A DNA stretch of 64,000 nucleotides from a candidate division Zixibacteria bacterium SM23_81 (GTDB lineage Bacteria; SM23-81). The DNA lies in the NCBI GenBank assembly GCA_001304015.1, contig LJUY01000007.1:10314-74313 (forward strand). Direction: 5' to 3'. A model generated the notes under the pieces. That model ran no database searches and had not been told where the DNA came from. It saw only the letters and a program-made list of their open reading frames with translations. Made by a program: the position numbers and the translations under genes. This document shows positions 20,081 to 30,780 of this stretch, piece after piece (the first letter of the stretch is position 1; each line of letters starts with the position of its first letter).

Positions 20081-20509
20081 TCACCTCACCAACAGCACCG
20101 AACACTGGGCTCGCTGGACCACCTCCTGGCTGACGCTGCCCAACCTTTTAACCTCTCTCTCGCTCAACCCCCGGGATCCCAGGACGATCAGGTCGTAATT
20201 TCCTGCCTTGGCTTCTTCCAAAATGGCGTCGGCGGGGTGGAGGTCCTGGACCAGTTTTGTATCGCAGGACTGCTGTTCCTCAGTAAAGACCTTCTCGGTG
20301 AAGCGGAGGGCCTGTCTGGCATCGTTTAGGAAGCTCTCGTTCAACTCAGCCCCGATGTCGTCCCGGTACATGGTGGGCACATAGGCCACGCTGATCAAGG
20401 TTGCTTTGGCGGGGAGCTTCCTGACCAACTGGATCGCCTGACGTGCTGCTCTAAGGGCGTTGTCTGAGCCATCGGTGGCCACCAGAAGTTTCGAGAACAT
20501 TGGGCGCAC
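20081..20509 (-). CDS. uspA: Universal stress protein
   Basis: KLLVATDGS, DLIVLGSRG, LGSVSQEVV. Confidence 0.92.
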   Translation of the reverse strand: MRPMFSKLLVATDGSDNALRAARQAIQLVRKLPAKATLISVAYVPTMYRDDIGAELNESFLNDARQALRFTEKVFTEEQQSCDTKLVQDLHPADAILEEAKAGNYDLIVLGSRGLSEREVKRLGSVSQEVVQRAQCSVLLVR

Positions 20510-20645
20510 CTTTCTCGTGGGATGAGGATGGACAGGATCTGATCTGTGGACTCGGTGAGGTCGAGTTCACTTTTTCCGCGTCCTTGGGCCAGGTGGCAAA
20601 AGAGCGCTCTGCGAAGACCCCTTTCGGGATTCTGGAGGGTGGTCG

Positions 20646-23093
20646 TCACCGCACCAGGATCATCTTGCGGCTCTGAGCAAGGCGGCCAACCTGCAGATGG
20701 CAGAAATACACTCCGCTGGCCACGGGCAGGCCTCGATCATCCAGTCCTTTCCATCTTACGGTATAAGTTCCGGCTGCTTGACTCTCGTCAACAAGCGTTT
20801 TCACCGTCTGTCCAAAAACGTTGAAGATCCGCAGTCGGACATGGTCGTCCTCGGAAAGCTGGTAGCCGATATTCGTCTCGGGGTTAAAGGGATTGGGATA
20901 GTTCTGGAAGAGTTGAAATGTGCTCGGTAACCTGTGAGTCAGCTGTCCTTGGTCGTCCACGCCGGTAACGGCCCTGGCCAAACGGAGATCATCCAGGTAA
21001 ATGGTTCCTTTGCTGGCTCCCCCCTGGTCGTGGTAAGTCATCTGAAAGCTGTCCACCCGCATGGTTCCCTCCAGGATGCCATTGCCGATCCAGCTTCCCA
21101 CGGGATCGGAGCCCAAGTCCCACTGGACCAGCCTCCAGCCGACCCAGTCGATGGTCACCCACTGGCTTACCTCGTGATACTCCGCAGCGGTGGAGGGGAT
21201 GTGGTCGTCGACGCAGAAGCGGAATTTGTTGTTGCTGCCGTCGCCGTAGAGCCAGACCTGCAGAGTATAGCTGGTGTCGAAGTGCACGGCATCCGAGGCC
21301 GGCGGAGGAAAGTAGACGCGTATCAACCAGCTAGGGGCTCCCGGATCCCACTCATAATCCAGACGGCCCGAGGCGGTGCTGCCCGTGGTGGGATTGACCG
21401 TAGAGGTGTCGGTGTCGAAGGTGGTGCTGTCCGCGATGGTGCCCGAGGTGCTGCCGCTGGCTTCGGGATCCCACCACGGTGATACCCCATCCTCGAAGTC
21501 GTCGATGCTGGTGAACTGATAGGATTGAGAGCTGGTGGTGAAGGACCACTCATACGTCTGGTCCATTTCATTTAAGAAGAGGTCTCGGAGGCCTGTGTTC
21601 AAAGTCACCGTGTATGTTTCATCGGGATTCAGAAGCTCGGCCGGGTAGATGAAGATGAACCCGTGGGTGCCCAGCTCCTGATAATCGAAGGTCCGAGCCA
21701 CCGGAACGGAGTTGCCATCTCTGAGGATGACGTTCTGGGGGATGATGGTGGTGGGATCTAAAAATTCGTCGAACTCCGCGGAGATGACCGCGTCAACGGA
21801 CACATCATCTGCCCCATTGGCCGGAGAAACGGCAAACACCAATGGGGAGGTGGTATCCAGACGCGCGGTCCTGAAGACGAAAGTGTATGGATCGCCTTCC
21901 AGACCATCTCCATTGCCATCCAAAAGGTGGCCGAAGTTATCCTCAGCCGTGGCCGCGATGGTCACCTGATAATCCGTGTGTGACTGTAAATATTCGTCGG
22001 GATCAAAGGTCATTTGTGTGTGATCTATGTTCCAGCTGAAGGTTCCCATAGCAGAGGGGACGATGACGAAGGCGCTTTCGGTAGTGGCCTGGTCCATGTA
22101 GCGGCTGAAGTTTATGACCAACTCCTCGAACACGAAAACGCCGGTATCCCCGGAATCGGGCACCGTGCTCACCACTGTGGGAGGGATGGTGTTGGCCAGG
22201 CCGAAGTCTTGGATGGTGAAGATGTCGGCGGCGACCATTACGCTGGCCGTGTCGCTCATATAGCCCTCATTCTCCACCGCCACCGAATAGGATCCTGGGG
22301 AGAGGTCGTCGAAGATGTACAGACCGTTCAGAGAATCGTCGGTGATGTACACCAGGCTGTCGGGAAAAAGGGTGCAGGTCACCCCGTTGAGGGGCTGACC
22401 CGTTTCCGCGTCGGAGATGATGCCGGAGAGATTTCCCGTGGTCAGGGGATCGGCTCCGAAGTAATCCAGGAAGGAGGTAAACAGAGCTCGGGCCTCCATC
22501 TTCAGGTAGTCATCGTTGCGCAGCCGGTTCTTTTCCGGTGTATAGTCGAAGAAGGAGGCCTCGGTGAGCTCGCCGGGCATCTGCAGGTCGTCGAGTACGC
22601 CCAAGTTATATCCCAGAAAGCTCCGGTCTCCTCGAGCGTACCAAGTGGTGGTGCGCATTGCGTGCCAGATGTCTTCGCCCATGATCTCGCTCATGGTCAC
22701 CGCCTCCGGCCATTGAGGTTGCCCATTGGAGAGCTCTTCGTAGAGCACCAGAGTGTAATTGCTCACTCCTTGCCATGCGTTGTGATGGATGGAATTGAAC
22801 CAGTCCACGTTGTTGGAGTTGGCGATGAACTCCCGCTCGCTGAGGGAGGGATTTTGAATGTTGTCCGTACGGGTGAGGATCACCGTGTCCGGATTGGCCG
22901 TCTCCAGGTAATCTTTCAGGTAGAAGCCCACCTTCAGGTTGATGAGAGTCTCAAATGGTTTGATGGTCGGGTAGGCGCCGTGGCCGGGATCCAAACAGAA
23001 CTTCAGGCCGCTCAGGTCGGCGCCCTGGGCTAAAGAGGGCGAGATGCCACCGAAGAGGACCATCAGCATGATCACAAGTCGCCGTTGCGACAT
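20646..23093 (-). CDS. Secreted N-acetylmuramoyl-L-alanine amidase with carboxypeptidase-regulatory domain, two Ig-like (Big_5) domains, CBM-like sandwich and T9SS-type CTD
   Basis: LDPGHG, ETLINL, SIHHNA, LTEASF; PPTVVSTVP and PLVFAVSPANGA Ig repeats; QNYPNPFN...GVYF...KMILVR. Confidence 0.88.
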   Translation of the reverse strand: MSQRRLVIMLMVLFGGISPSLAQGADLSGLKFCLDPGHGAYPTIKPFETLINLKVGFYLKDYLETANPDTVILTRTDNIQNPSLSEREFIANSNNVDWFNSIHHNAWQGVSNYTLVLYEELSNGQPQWPEAVTMSEIMGEDIWHAMRTTTWYARGDRSFLGYNLGVLDDLQMPGELTEASFFDYTPEKNRLRNDDYLKMEARALFTSFLDYFGADPLTTGNLSGIISDAETGQPLNGVTCTLFPDSLVYITDDSLNGLYIFDDLSPGSYSVAVENEGYMSDTASVMVAADIFTIQDFGLANTIPPTVVSTVPDSGDTGVFVFEELVINFSRYMDQATTESAFVIVPSAMGTFSWNIDHTQMTFDPDEYLQSHTDYQVTIAATAEDNFGHLLDGNGDGLEGDPYTFVFRTARLDTTSPLVFAVSPANGADDVSVDAVISAEFDEFLDPTTIIPQNVILRDGNSVPVARTFDYQELGTHGFIFIYPAELLNPDETYTVTLNTGLRDLFLNEMDQTYEWSFTTSSQSYQFTSIDDFEDGVSPWWDPEASGSTSGTIADSTTFDTDTSTVNPTTGSTASGRLDYEWDPGAPSWLIRVYFPPPASDAVHFDTSYTLQVWLYGDGSNNKFRFCVDDHIPSTAAEYHEVSQWVTIDWVGWRLVQWDLGSDPVGSWIGNGILEGTMRVDSFQMTYHDQGGASKGTIYLDDLRLARAVTGVDDQGQLTHRLPSTFQLFQNYPNPFNPETNIGYQLSEDDHVRLRIFNVFGQTVKTLVDESQAAGTYTVRWKGLDDRGLPVASGVYFCHLQVGRLAQSRKMILVR

Positions 23094-23167
23094 AGAATCC
23101 TCCTTGCTGAGATGATATTAAGACACCATGATTTGTTTGTCTGTCTTCCAGCTGCCGGCAGGGAGGA

Positions 23168-25588
23168 TCATCTCACCAGCAGCATCTTCCTGACAAGTTG
23201 CTTTTTTCCAGCGCGCAGCCGGCAGAAATAAACCCCGCTGGCCACACTCTGGCCGATTCCATCACGGCCGTCCCACCAGGCCATATGCTGTCCTGGTCTT
23301 TTCACCTCATCCACCAGGGCTCGAATCTCCTGTCCCAAGATGTTGTAGATCTTCAGGCTGACCGGCAAGGGACCGGTACCGGGGGGGACGGTGAAGCGAA
23401 TGCGGGTGCTGGCGTTAAAAGGATTGGGATAATTTTGGGCCAGATCGAACTCCTCCATGGGAAGAGAACCTTTGAGAGTAAGGGTCACTGGCCCGTGCAC
23501 CTCTTCCCGGTTGTTCCCATCCACAACCCCCAGCAAATAGAAGTAACTGTTTCCCGCCAGCACGGCGGAGTCCATATACTCACCGTGGATCTGTCCAGGC
23601 AGCAGTTGGTCGTTGAGCCGCTGGAAAGGGCCGTTGGGGGAAGTGCTGCGGTACAGGTTACTGCCGATAGCTCTTGCCTCAGAGGGAAGCGTCCAGCTTA
23701 GGAAGGCCAGGCCATGTATCTCCTGGGCGTTAAACTGGACCAAAGGTACCGGGGTGAATACCTCTACGAGTCTTACGGCGTCGGCGATGATCACCCCTCC
23801 GCTGGCCTCATTGGTCAGGGTGATGTCGCCGTTCGTGCCGGCTTCAAAGGGATAGGATCCCAGCTTATTCCATTGCTCCCCGTTTAGCTGTTGGTTCATC
23901 AGGACGGTGTCGGCCCCGCCCATGTAGTGGATGATGTAAGGAGCGTCTGTAGCTCGGTTTGTCCCCTGAACCCAGTAAGCGTAAACAGAATATGTACTGG
24001 CATTGGGCAGATCCAGCGTCCAGATGGCGGCACTTCCCGTTCCCGAGGAGGTCCACCGATAATCGGTGCCGTATGGATTTCCGTATGCTCCCGTAGACCA
24101 GGAGCCCACAGTTGAGAAGCCGGGATCTGAGTTATCCACCACGATCTCGATGCCGGAATGGGCCTTGCCTACGAACTTACGGCTGGCGTTCAAGGTGGTG
24201 AGAGTTTGCCCCTGCAAGTTTTCGACCCCGGTTACCGTCAGGGTATAGACAGTAGCTTCCGTCTGGGAGGTGGTGGTCAGATGGACCAGGGCGTGGTTGA
24301 GGCTATCCAACTGAGCGCTCTCTGCCCCGGTTAGGCTAAGCCCGCCATCGAAGCTGTAGTGGAGCTCGTCTTCGGCTGTGGCTATCTGCACCTGTTGGCT
24401 GAAGAGCACGTCCACCTGGGTTCCGCTGATGGATCGAGCCACAGAGAGCGTGAAAGGTTTGAGTTCCTTCCAGGGCATAACGGGAATATCGGCCTGTTGG
24501 GCGAAAGGACCAGAACGTAAAAGGCTTACCTCTGTGAGCCCAAGTGAGGTGCTGGAGAAAAAGGTGCATCCCTCGGCTGCCAGAGAACGAGTGGAATCCA
24601 CTTGGGCCAGCAGCTCTGTCGGCTCCAACAAGTAGGCCCCGATTCCTGCGTAGATGTGACGGCCATACGAGCTGACCACGTGGTTTTCCAAACGGCTATG
24701 AAAGGCCCACATGTCGTCGGTGTAGATCATGGGGGCGCTGAAGTCCAGGATCTTCGACTCCAGCCACCCATGGGAGTCTTGATAATAAAAGGTATAGCCA
24801 TCATAGAAATCTCCCCAGGTGGCAGCGGATACCTTTACCCACGGTTTCAGTCCCGTGACGTCATAGTAAACGCCTGATACAAAATGTGTCACCAGGTTTC
24901 GTCGAAATTGCTTCCACTGATCGGGTAGCTCCCCGGGCGTCCCACCGTATTCCCTCTGGAACCGGGCTAGGCTGGAGTCATCGTAGGAGTATCCAGAGCT
25001 GGGGTAACGGATGTAGTCCAGGTGAACGCCGTCCACGTCGTATTTGGTCACGATGTCTGTGATGACATCGCGGATGTGCTGAGCCGCCTGGGGGATACCT
25101 GGGCTGATGAAAGCGTAACCGGCCGACGGATCCATGGGGATCCCGGATTGGTCTACCATGACCCATTCGGGATGGAGATTGTAGATATGCTGAGGATCTG
25201 CGGGAAGGTTAGCACCGTTCCACACGGGGAAGACGTTGATGTAAGCGTGCAGCTCCATGCCCCGCAGTTGAGCCTCTTCAATGGCCACAGCCAGTGGATC
25301 GAAACCGGGATAGCCGCCTCCTAGTAGTTCCGACCAGGGCTCCAGATCAGAGAGATAGAGAGCATCTGCCTGCCCTCTGACCTGAAATAAGATGATGTTA
25401 CAGCGGCAGGAATCCGCCTTGCCGATTTCGGAGCGAATATCGGCCTCGGAATCATACTCGAAGCGACTGAACCACACCACCCGAGCCTCCTCATCGGCTG
25501 AAGAGAGGGGCGCTGAGAGCACAAACTGGGCCACGAGCAGGTATAGGAAACGCAGAACAATGCTATGCCGCTTCTTTCTCAGGCGCAT
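23168..25588 (-). CDS. Secreted GHL10 (DUF187/DigH-like) glycosyl hydrolase with golvesin-like domain and T9SS-type CTD
   Basis: EARVVW, FQVRGQADALY, FDPL, ELHAYIN, YDVDGVHLDYIRYP, PMIY; CTD QNYPNPFN...KMLLVR; likely start ATG 25588. Confidence 0.87.
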   Translation of the reverse strand: MRLRKKRHSIVLRFLYLLVAQFVLSAPLSSADEEARVVWFSRFEYDSEADIRSEIGKADSCRCNIILFQVRGQADALYLSDLEPWSELLGGGYPGFDPLAVAIEEAQLRGMELHAYINVFPVWNGANLPADPQHIYNLHPEWVMVDQSGIPMDPSAGYAFISPGIPQAAQHIRDVITDIVTKYDVDGVHLDYIRYPSSGYSYDDSSLARFQREYGGTPGELPDQWKQFRRNLVTHFVSGVYYDVTGLKPWVKVSAATWGDFYDGYTFYYQDSHGWLESKILDFSAPMIYTDDMWAFHSRLENHVVSSYGRHIYAGIGAYLLEPTELLAQVDSTRSLAAEGCTFFSSTSLGLTEVSLLRSGPFAQQADIPVMPWKELKPFTLSVARSISGTQVDVLFSQQVQIATAEDELHYSFDGGLSLTGAESAQLDSLNHALVHLTTTSQTEATVYTLTVTGVENLQGQTLTTLNASRKFVGKAHSGIEIVVDNSDPGFSTVGSWSTGAYGNPYGTDYRWTSSGTGSAAIWTLDLPNASTYSVYAYWVQGTNRATDAPYIIHYMGGADTVLMNQQLNGEQWNKLGSYPFEAGTNGDITLTNEASGGVIIADAVRLVEVFTPVPLVQFNAQEIHGLAFLSWTLPSEARAIGSNLYRSTSPNGPFQRLNDQLLPGQIHGEYMDSAVLAGNSYFYLLGVVDGNNREEVHGPVTLTLKGSLPMEEFDLAQNYPNPFNASTRIRFTVPPGTGPLPVSLKIYNILGQEIRALVDEVKRPGQHMAWWDGRDGIGQSVASGVYFCRLRAGKKQLVRKMLLVR

Positions 25589-25772
25589 GAGCCGTTCCTT
25601 TCTAGCCTCAAGAGGGATGGGAGAGTTTTTGGGGTGAGATTGGGGTGACAAAATATAGTGGCGGAAGCCGTCAAGGGATTCATCTAGTTTCGGAAAGAGG
25701 ACAGAAAAGACCATCTCGGCGAGCCTGCTTGGCCTTTCCTGTCCTCTTCGAGTGTTTGCTCCAAAAGGGCCT

Positions 25773-27479
25773 TTATCGCAGCAGGATCATCTTCTTGGTG
25801 AGTTCGCAGTGGTCTGCGCTCAGACGGTAGAAGTAGATGCCGCTGGCAACTTGTTGTTCCTCTCCATCAGATCCATCCCATCGAGCGGCATACTCGCCCG
25901 CTGGCTGCATCCCTTCCACGAGAGTCTGGACTAACTGCCCCCTCACGTTGTAGATTTTCAGTGCCACGTTCCCTGCCACGGGGAGGCTGTAAGATATTGT
26001 GGTGCCTGCGTTAAAGGGATTGGGATGGTTCTGGGAGAGAGCATAACCGTCGGGTATTTCTCTGGAAGCGGACCAGGCCTCCTCTACGGAGACTATGTTC
26101 ATCAATGCCCTATAGGCATTGAGTCGGCCCCCTCCCAGCCAACCCACGTAGGTAGGATTCAAGTCGTAAATGTTGTCTGCGGTGGTTCGTACTCTCTCCT
26201 CGAACTCGTCGCTGTTCATATTCGGCTCAGTGACCTTGATCAGTCCGGCTACCCCGGATACAAGGGCACAGGCGGCACTGGTGCTGGGTATGCCAGCGAT
26301 GGGACGAAACTGATAGTCATCGTCCCACAGGGTGCTGTAGATGGATGCTCCCGGCGCTGAGACGTCCACCCAAGAGCCGTAGAAGGTCCAGTCTGTGGCC
26401 TTATCGGTCATATTCGTGGCTGCCACGGCCGTCACATGGGAATAAGCGGCAGGATAGGTGAGGGGACAGGTGTCCGGAGGGGCGAAGGCGTTGCCCACCT
26501 CATCATTCCCAGCAGCGGCCACCAGGATGATCCCCTTTGCGAAGGCGCTGTCGATGATCTCCTGCTCGAAGGCGCTGGCCGTGTCGCTTCGCGCCCAACT
26601 GAGGTTGATCACTTGAGCCCCGTTATCCGTTGCGTATTGGATACCCTCATAGCCATGGGTTATGGTACTGCTGTCGTCGGGACTGACTTTTACCCCCATA
26701 ATCGTGCAGTTCCAAGACATTCCGGCAACGCCCACTTCGTTGTTGGTCACCGCTGCAGCAACACCGGCGGCGTGGGTGCCGAGAAGCGCGGAGGTCTCGC
26801 TGACGTTATAGTCAGAGCCGACGAAGTCCCAGCCGTAGAAGTCATCCCTGAAACCATTGCTGTCGTCATCGACGGCGTTCCAGTCGATGCCGGTGATCCG
26901 CCCATCCCCGTTGACATCCTCTCCGAAATTAATCCAAATGTTGTCGGATATATCTGGATGATTCCAGTCCACTCCGGTATCAACGATGCCGATGATTACC
27001 GAGCTGTCCCCATGGGTCACATCCCAAGCATCTGGGGCTTGTACGGTGGCGAAGAACCACTGGAATCCACTTGCGTAACGGGGATCGTTGGGTGCGTCAC
27101 AGGTATGGTGGAGATAGCGCGGCTCAGCGTATAAGAGGTGTTTATCTTTGGCGAAATCGCGGGCCACAGCCTTGGAGTCGTATTGAGGATCGAACTCGAG
27201 CTGATAGATAAAGGCCAGCTCCGATTTTTTATGGGCAAAGATCTGACTAATCCGATGGACGCCATATCGCTCCATTCTTCCGTCTAGGGAAGCGATGCCC
27301 ACGGAGATGACCTCGCCTTGTCTCTCTGCCACCACCTGTCCGACTTCCGGGGCGACCTTGGCGATGATCTGGCCCGGCTCATATGCGGGGCGGGAGGCTA
27401 TTGACATGGCCGCGAAGGCCAACACTACAGCCATGGTCGTGAGGATAACCACGCCGGAAACCCTTGAAGGACTCAACAT
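25773..27479 (-). CDS. Secreted S8 subtilase-like protein with T9SS-type CTD; catalytic His replaced by Leu
   Basis: IVDTGVD, LGTHAAG (consensus HGTHVAG), VINLSW, AAAGND, STSAA; QNHPNPFN CTD. Confidence 0.85.
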   Translation of the reverse strand: MLSPSRVSGVVILTTMAVVLAFAAMSIASRPAYEPGQIIAKVAPEVGQVVAERQGEVISVGIASLDGRMERYGVHRISQIFAHKKSELAFIYQLEFDPQYDSKAVARDFAKDKHLLYAEPRYLHHTCDAPNDPRYASGFQWFFATVQAPDAWDVTHGDSSVIIGIVDTGVDWNHPDISDNIWINFGEDVNGDGRITGIDWNAVDDDSNGFRDDFYGWDFVGSDYNVSETSALLGTHAAGVAAAVTNNEVGVAGMSWNCTIMGVKVSPDDSSTITHGYEGIQYATDNGAQVINLSWARSDTASAFEQEIIDSAFAKGIILVAAAGNDEVGNAFAPPDTCPLTYPAAYSHVTAVAATNMTDKATDWTFYGSWVDVSAPGASIYSTLWDDDYQFRPIAGIPSTSAACALVSGVAGLIKVTEPNMNSDEFEERVRTTADNIYDLNPTYVGWLGGGRLNAYRALMNIVSVEEAWSASREIPDGYALSQNHPNPFNAGTTISYSLPVAGNVALKIYNVRGQLVQTLVEGMQPAGEYAARWDGSDGEEQQVASGIYFYRLSADHCELTKKMILLR

Positions 27480-27861
27480 AACAGCTCCTCCTCGTTGGGT
27501 TATGCTTTAGGGGGCCGATAACGGCCGCCACGAACGCAACTTTACTCGAAAGTGCCTCACCAAGAATTTCGTTTCTTAGCCCGGCCCCGTCCATGGTCAC
27601 GAGGCACTGCAGTTGGAATGTGGGATTTGAGCTTAGGTTACTTAATATATAAAACCAAAAACTCAAAATCAATTAAAAAGTGCCTCCTTGTTGAAGGAGT
27701 TTAGGAAAAAGTGGACTTTCGGCCCAGTGTATGATGTTATGGTCCCCAACCAGATTGGAAAGATGGATTGAGGAGCCGCTCAGACGGGATTGGTAAGGGG
27801 GCGAAATGGCTTCCGGGAGAGCCCCGAAGGCCACTGGCGAATCACACAGCCTGATGAAAGT

Positions 27862-28806
27862 CTATTCCTCGGGCAGGGGCGGCTGAACTCTTACGCCCAA
27901 CCCTGACCGGGGGGAATTGTCGAATTGCTCGATGATGTGGAAGGCCAGAAGACTGTATTGCTTATCAGCGCCGCCGTGAAAATAGCCGTGGGCTAAGTTG
28001 CTGAACTCCAACAGGTCTTTTTCGTCTTGGGTGATCTTCGTGTCTTGGGGATGAATGATGCGGACGATGGCCCGCAGCTCGTAGCTGGGCATGTCCGTGA
28101 ACACGATGGTGGCCACAGGATTGGCCATAATATTCAGAAAGGTGTGGGTCTCAAAATCGGGCCGGGTATAGAGTTCCAAGGACAACTGTTTGGTGCGATC
28201 CCATAGCTCGGGATGGCGGTAGTTGTCCTGCAGGATTTCTAACTTCTCCTTCATATCGGCATCCATAGTGTTTTTAAACCTGTCCGTCAGCTCTCCGATC
28301 CTCTCCTTCTTGGGGGCAAAGCCCACTCCCTTGATGGCATTGTTCAGTGTGAAAACGCTGTCGCGGCGTCCTCCGCCATAGGTGGCTATGGCAGCGGCAT
28401 GGGGCCCCGCTAAGCTGGGCATATTCCCATGAGAGATGGTTTGCAAGTATTCCAGCCTTGTCTTGAGGTTCCACTCCATGAATCTATCGTCCAACTCCGT
28501 GATGCTGTGCTCTCTCCAGTAGCCGTCGATCTGAGCCCTGATGATCCCCTGGTCGATCTTGCTCATATCCACATTGTTCTGGACGAAAATATCCCCTTGC
28601 CAGCGGTTGTTGTCCCCATGCTCCCACCAACCGGCCAGGGCTTGGGGCACTTTTCCTAAAAAAGCTATCCAGGGCATCGCAAAACCAGTCGCCCTCAAAA
28701 AGGTCCGACGAGGAAGGGAAAATTTGCTGAGCATGTCCCAAGCGGGTCCGGCATGGGCGAATCTCTTTTTCACCTGATAACCTCCTTGATTCGATCCCCA
28801 GAACAA
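27862..28806 (-). CDS. Hypothetical protein with twin-arginine-like signal
   Basis: 314-aa ORF co-oriented with neighbours; PRRTFL...ALA-G; start uncertain (28773 or 28734 possible). Confidence 0.6.
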   Translation of the reverse strand: MFWGSNQGGYQVKKRFAHAGPAWDMLSKFSLPRRTFLRATGFAMPWIAFLGKVPQALAGWWEHGDNNRWQGDIFVQNNVDMSKIDQGIIRAQIDGYWREHSITELDDRFMEWNLKTRLEYLQTISHGNMPSLAGPHAAAIATYGGGRRDSVFTLNNAIKGVGFAPKKERIGELTDRFKNTMDADMKEKLEILQDNYRHPELWDRTKQLSLELYTRPDFETHTFLNIMANPVATIVFTDMPSYELRAIVRIIHPQDTKITQDEKDLLEFSNLAHGYFHGGADKQYSLLAFHIIEQFDNSPRSGLGVRVQPPLPEE

Positions 28807-29037
28807 ACAGCTCTATGTCGTATCTTTTCGTCTTTAGGACGATGGGGGACGATGGGGGATGTTAAAATAGATGCTCAAATCTTAAAGTCAGAGATCAAAG
28901 CATATCCTTCACCAGCAGAGATTCTCAGCCAGCCTCGAGCTTTTAGCTTCCAGTCTTACTGCCAGATTCCATACCTAAAAACCGGTTTCGAGTTTCCTCT
29001 TATGAGGATGTTGCCCGGATACAGGCGAAAAGCCCCC

Positions 29038-30780
29038 TCACAGCAGCCAATTTAACACTCCCCCCACCACCAGTGTCGCGGCGATCATAATCATCATGGA
29101 CAGAACCATATCCCGGAGCCCCAGCTCCTTAGCCATAACCACAAAGGTGGCCACACAGGGAAAATACATGGCCAGAACAACGCTGGCCACAACAAGCTGG
29201 TTGAAGTCGAGGCCCAGGGGAGAGAGCATGCCCACCGCTACGTCCTTGCGCAGGAAGCCTACCATCAGGGCTGCCACTGCCTCGCGGGGAAGCCCCAAAA
29301 TGCCGGTGATCACCGGGGCGGTGATTTTGCCCACAAAGTCGATCACCTTCAGAGTATAGAGCACGTTTACAATCAGGACGCCCAGGATCACGAAGGGGAT
29401 CGCTTCCCGCAAAAATCTGCTGACTCGCATCCACATTTTCTTGGACAAACCCGCGAGATAGGGCAGGCGATAGGGGGGAATTTCGACGAAGATTTCTGGG
29501 CTTTCTCCGCGGATGAGACGGTTCAACAGGTAACCCAGAGTGATCCAGACCAGAGCAAGGGTGCCGAAGACCTGGATGAGCCCCCGGACCCCGGCTCTGC
29601 CCACCAATCCCACGATCATGGCCAGCTGGGCCGCGCAGGGGACACAGATGGCCATGAGAGTGGTGGAGATGAAGCGCTCCTTGCGCGTCTCAAGGATCCG
29701 GGTGGACATGGCTCCCGGCACATTACAGCCCAGCCCCAGCAACATGGGGATAATGGCCAGGCCGTGCAGCCCTATTCGGTGCATGATGTTGTCCACCAGG
29801 ATGGCCAGGCGAGGCAGGTAGCCTGAATCCTCCAGGAAACTCAGTATCAGGTAGAATGCGAAGACATAGGGGAGCACCATGGCTAAAGGCACGAACAGGC
29901 CGGTAGTCAAAAGGCCCATGGATTCCACGAAATCGATCTCTCCTGCCACCAGTTTTCCGATAAGGATGTCGTGTAAGAAGCCCCCTGATCCCAAGATGGC
30001 AGATAATTTCATCATCAAGGGAGCCCACATGTTCTCGAAGATGGGCTCGAAGATGTAGCCGATGAGCCCCTCACCGAGGAATCGAATGATGGAGAACGTA
30101 ACGCCCAGAGCCACGAGGGCGATGGGGATGCCGGAGATGGGATTGATGGAGGCGTCGCCCAGCCTCTCCAAGAACGTGTGGTGGCGATGTGTTACTTGCT
30201 GCACCTGCTCGACGATGCGACCGATCTCGTGCCACCTTTCCTCATCGTCATAAGTAAGGCGTCCGGGCCTGGCCTGTGGCAATTGCTGAACCAGGTCTTT
30301 GATGCCCTCTCCGGTCACGGCCACAGTGGGAACCACGGGGACTCCCAGGAGATGCTCAAGTTTGTTCTCATCGATAGTGACGCCGATGTGTTTGGCCTCG
30401 TCCCACATGTTCAGAGCCACAACCATGGGGACGTCCTTTTTCAACAGCTGGAGGGTGAGGTTAAGGTTGCGCTCGAGGTTAGTAGCGTCCACCACGTTGA
30501 TGACCAGGTCGCCATCTCCGCACATCTCCACGGCAACCTCTTCCGCCTTACAGGTGGGGTTCAGAGAGTAGGTGCCGGGAACATCTACCACCTCTGCTTT
30601 CTCACCGCTCAGCTTCATGGTGCCGCGGGTATATCCCACAGTGGTTCCCGGATAGTTGGAGGCGATCACTCGCACTCCCGTTAGTCGGGAGAATATCACA
30701 CTTTTTCCCACGTTGGGATTGCCCATCAACAAGATTTTCTTCATGTTGACCCTTCCCCTTGGGTCGGAAAGTCTTCTCAT
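29038..30780 (-). CDS. feoB: Ferrous iron transporter B
   Basis: GNPNVGKS, NYPGTTV, DVPGTYSL, NMWD, LEDSGYLPR, GLGCNVP, YFPCVAT; start may be ATG 30744. Confidence 0.95.
   Translation of the reverse strand: MRRLSDPRGRVNMKKILLMGNPNVGKSVIFSRLTGVRVIASNYPGTTVGYTRGTMKLSGEKAEVVDVPGTYSLNPTCKAEEVAVEMCGDGDLVINVVDATNLERNLNLTLQLLKKDVPMVVALNMWDEAKHIGVTIDENKLEHLLGVPVVPTVAVTGEGIKDLVQQLPQARPGRLTYDDEERWHEIGRIVEQVQQVTHRHHTFLERLGDASINPISGIPIALVALGVTFSIIRFLGEGLIGYIFEPIFENMWAPLMMKLSAILGSGGFLHDILIGKLVAGEIDFVESMGLLTTGLFVPLAMVLPYVFAFYLILSFLEDSGYLPRLAILVDNIMHRIGLHGLAIIPMLLGLGCNVPGAMSTRILETRKERFISTTLMAICVPCAAQLAMIVGLVGRAGVRGLIQVFGTLALVWITLGYLLNRLIRGESPEIFVEIPPYRLPYLAGLSKKMWMRVSRFLREAIPFVILGVLIVNVLYTLKVIDFVGKITAPVITGILGLPREAVAALMVGFLRKDVAVGMLSPLGLDFNQLVVASVVLAMYFPCVATFVVMAKELGLRDMVLSMMIMIAATLVVGGVLNWLL

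Noticed and set aside
22014-23033. Long antisense ORFs (also 41204..42241, 48442..49431, 53437..54351, 61805..63028)
   Set aside because: Expected stop-poor reverse frames of GC3-rich genes with clear family motifs on the other strand
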